Below the pieces are notes generated by a model that ran no database searches, had not been told where the DNA came from, and saw only the letters and a program-made list of their open reading frames with translations. This document shows, one piece after another, positions 60,762-64,000 of a DNA stretch of 64,000 bases. Source of the DNA: the human T2T-CHM13v2.0 reference genome, Homo sapiens; the NCBI RefSeq assembly GCF_009914755.1, contig NC_060940.1; one strand, 5' to 3'. Position 1 is the first letter of the stretch; every line of letters starts with the position of its first letter. The position numbers were made by a program, and so were the translations under genes.

Positions 60762-63700
60762 TTAGATGATGATACTATTTGAGCCCATCCAATGATTCCC
60801 TTCGATTCCATTCGATGAGGATTCCATTCGATTCAATTCATTGGTGATTCTATTCAATTCAATTCTTTGATTCCATTCCATTCCATTCGACAATGATTCC
60901 ATTCGATTTCTTTCGATGATTCCACTCGATTCCACTTGACATTGATTCCATTCGATTCCATTCAATGATTCCATTTGATTCCAGTGGATGATGATTGCCA
61001 TCGATTCCATTCGATCACTCCATTCTATTCCATTTGATGATGATTACATTCGATTCCATTTGACGATTCCATCTGATTCTATTCGAGGATTCCATTTGAT
61101 TCCATTCGATGATGATTCCATTCGAGTCCATTCGATGATTTCATTCGAGTACATCCAATGATTCCATTCGAGTCCATTAGATGATTCCATTTGATTCCAT
61201 TTGAAAATGATTCTACTAGAGTCCATTCAATGACTCCATTCGAGTCCATTCAACAATTCCATTCGACTCCATTCGATGATTCCATTCGATTCCATTTGAT
61301 GGTTCCATTCGAGTCCATTTAATCATTACAGTCGAGTCCATTTGGTGATTCCACTGGATTTCTTTTGATAATGATACCATTCAATTACATTTGATGATGA
61401 TCCCATTCAATTTCATTTGATGATGATTCCATTAGAGTCCATTCGATGATTTCATTCGAGTCCCTTCATTGATTCCATCCGATTTCATTGGATGATGACT
61501 CCATTCGAGTCCATTCGATGATTCCACTCGATTCCATTAGATGGTTCCATTGGAGTCTATTTGATTGTTCCATTCGATTCCATTCGATTCCTTTCGAAGA
61601 TTATTCCATTTGAGTCCATTCGATGATGATTCCATTCCATTCCATTCGATGATTCCGTTTGATCCCATTCGATGATTCCCTTCGATTCCTTTCTGTGATG
61701 ATTCCATTCCATTCCATTCAATGATTCCATTCGAATCTATTCCATGATGATTCCTTTCGATTCCATTCGCTGATGTTTCCGTTCAATTCCATTCGATGAT
61801 GATTCCATTCGATTCCATTCATTGAGGATTCCATTTGATTCCATTCAATGATGATTCCATTCTATTCCATTCAATGATTGCATTCAATTCCATTCAATGA
61901 TTATCCCCTTAGAGTAAACTCAACGATTCCATTCAATACCATTCGATGATGATTCCTTTTGAGTCCATTCAATGATTTCATTCAAGTCCATTTGATGATT
62001 CCTTTCAATTCCATTCTATGATGATTCCATTCGAGTCCATTCGATGATTCCATTCGATTGCATTCGATGATTCCATTATATTCCATTCAACGGTGATTCC
62101 ATTCGAGTCCATTCCATGATTCCATTAGAGTACATTTAATGATTGCTTTGTTTTCAATTCGAAGATGATTACAATGGATTCCATTCTATGATACCATTCG
62201 ATTCCATTCAATGATGATTCCACTCAAATCCATTGGATGATTCCATTCGTGTCCATTCGGTGATTTCATTAGATTCCATTCGAGGATGATTCCATTCGAT
62301 TCCATTCGATGATTCCATTCAATTCCATTCGATGATGATTCCATTCCAGTCCATATGATCATTCCATTTGATTTCATTCGATGATGATTCCATTCGATTC
62401 GATTCGACGATTCCATTCTATTCCATTAGATGATGATTCCATTCGAGTCCATTCGATCATTCCATTCGAGTCCATTTAATGATTCCATTGGGTTCAATTC
62501 AATGATGATTACATTGGATTCCGTTCTATGATTCCATTCAATTCCGTTCATTGACAATTTGATTCCATTCGATGATGATTCCATTTGAGTTCATTCGATG
62601 ATTCTATTCGATTCTCTTCGATGGTGATTCAATTCTATTATATTGGATGATTCCATTCGATTCCATTTGATGTTGATTCAATTCGATTCTATTCGATGAT
62701 GATTCCATTGGATTTCACTTGATGATTCTATTCGATTCCATTCAATGATGATTCACTTCTCGTCCATTGGATGATTCCATTTCATTCCATTCGATGATGA
62801 TTCCATTCGATTCCATTCGATGATTCCATTTGATTCCATGCGATGGTGAGCAATTCGATTCAATTCCATGATGATTCTATTTGATTCAATTAGATGATGT
62901 TTCCATTCGAATCCATTCCATGATTATTCCATTGGAATCCATTCGGCGATGATTCCATATGAGTCAATTCAATGATGATTCCATATGGGTCCGTTCGATG
63001 ATAATTCCATTTGATTTCATTCGATGCTTCTATTCTATTCCAGTCGATGATGATTCCGTTGGAGTCCATACGATGATTCCATTTGATTTCATTTGATGAT
63101 GATTCCATTCGATGATGATTACATTGGATTCCATTCTATGATTCCATTCAATTCCATTCGTTGATGATTCGATTCCATTCAATGATGATTCCATTTGAGT
63201 TCATTCGATGATTCTATTCGATTCCGTTCGATGGTGATTCAATTCTATTATATTGGATGATTCCACTCGATTCCATTTGATGATTATTCCATTGGAGTCC
63301 ACTTAGTGAATCCTTTAGATTCTACTCGACGATGATTCCATTCGAGTCCATTCGATGATACCATTCAATTCCATTCGTTGATGCTTCCATTCAAGTGCAT
63401 TCGATGATATCATTCGATTCCATTTGATGATAATTCCATTTGATTCCATGCGATGATTCTATTCGATTCCATTCAATGATAATTCCATTCAATTCAGTGA
63501 TTCCTCTGGACTCCATTTGATGATGATTCCATTCAATGATTCCATTCGATTCTATTCGAAAATGATTCCATTTGAATCCATTTGATGATGATTCCATTAG
63601 ATTCCATTTGATGATTCCATTCGATTCCATTCGGCGATGATTCCATTCGATTCCGTTTGATGATTCCATTCTATTCTATTCGATGATGATTCCATTCGAT

Positions 63701-64000
63701 TCCATTCGATGATGATTGGATTCGATTCCATTTGATGATTTCATTTGATTCCATTCGTTAATGATTTCGATCAATTCCATTCGATGATTCCATTCGATTC
63801 CATTCGATAATGATTACATCCGAGTCCATTCGATGATTCCATTGGAGCCTGTTCGATAATTCCATTTGAGTCCAACCAATGATTCCATTCATTTCCATTC
63901 AATGATTCCATTCGAGTCCATTTGATCATTCCGGTAGGGTCCATTCGATGTTGATTCCATTGGAGTGCATTCGATGATTCCATTCGAGTCCATTTTAGGA
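60762..64000 (+). repeat. Start of a further canonical-order unit, truncated by the window end
   Basis: Same landmark order and spacing as 53545-56783. Confidence 0.9.

Larger units (their letters stand above)
1..64000 (+). repeat. Human Satellite II (HSat2/HSATII) pericentromeric tandem array, CATTC strand on +, probably subfamily HSat2B
   Basis: Continuous ATTCCATTCG-ATTCCATTCG-ATG(ATG) 23/26-bp blocks with very frequent TCGA and GAGTCC words from the first to the last base. Long perfect (CATTC)n runs typical of HSat3 are absent. The subfamily is inferred from the 6.1-kb period. Confidence 0.98.

Noticed and set aside
1-64000. More than 100 minus-strand ORFs of 60-132 aa (MESSNGIEWNHRM...)
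   Set aside because: They are direct translations of GAATG/GAATC/ATC repeats, which are ATG-rich and stop-poor on that strand. They are low complexity, overlap in several frames, and are broken at random between copies. There is no evidence of coding function.
1-64000. CRISPR-like 23-26-bp repeats
   Set aside because: The repeats are contiguous with no unique spacers, leader or cas genes.
1-64000. HSat3, alpha satellite, telomeric repeat, Alu/L1 insertion or strand inversion
   Set aside because: At most about three consecutive perfect CATTC units. By eye I saw no 171-bp monomers, TTAGGG tracts, non-satellite islands or GAATG-strand blocks on +.

Overview
The whole 64 kb window is one uninterrupted array of human/great-ape classical Satellite II (HSat2/HSATII). 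It consists of diverged (CATTC)n with the diagnostic CATTCGATTC and CATTCGATGATG(ATT) words, built from 10/13/23/26-bp blocks, with the CATTC strand on + throughout and no inversion seen. I found no genes, RNA genes, transposons or CRISPR arrays. All listed ORFs are by-products of the stop-poor GAATG strand, but they are useful landmarks. They show a 6,112-bp higher-order unit, intact only at about 47.4-58.7 kb, which matches my recollection of the ~6.1-kb HSat2B unit of chr16q pericentromeric heterochromatin (placement not verified). The rest is a mosaic of rearranged units: a 7,217-bp variant with three junctions, a 3,341-bp tandem duplication, a block of about 9 kb repeated at ~11.1 kb spacing, several deletion units, and a ~1.8-kb satellite cassette absent from the canonical unit. 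I found no new coding system. The most interesting signals concern satellite architecture: apparently re-used junction landing sites, substitution clusters at junctions, and monomer-quantised indels. Offsets come from the supplied ORF coordinates and junctions were read by eye, so they are approximate (about +/-30 bp).
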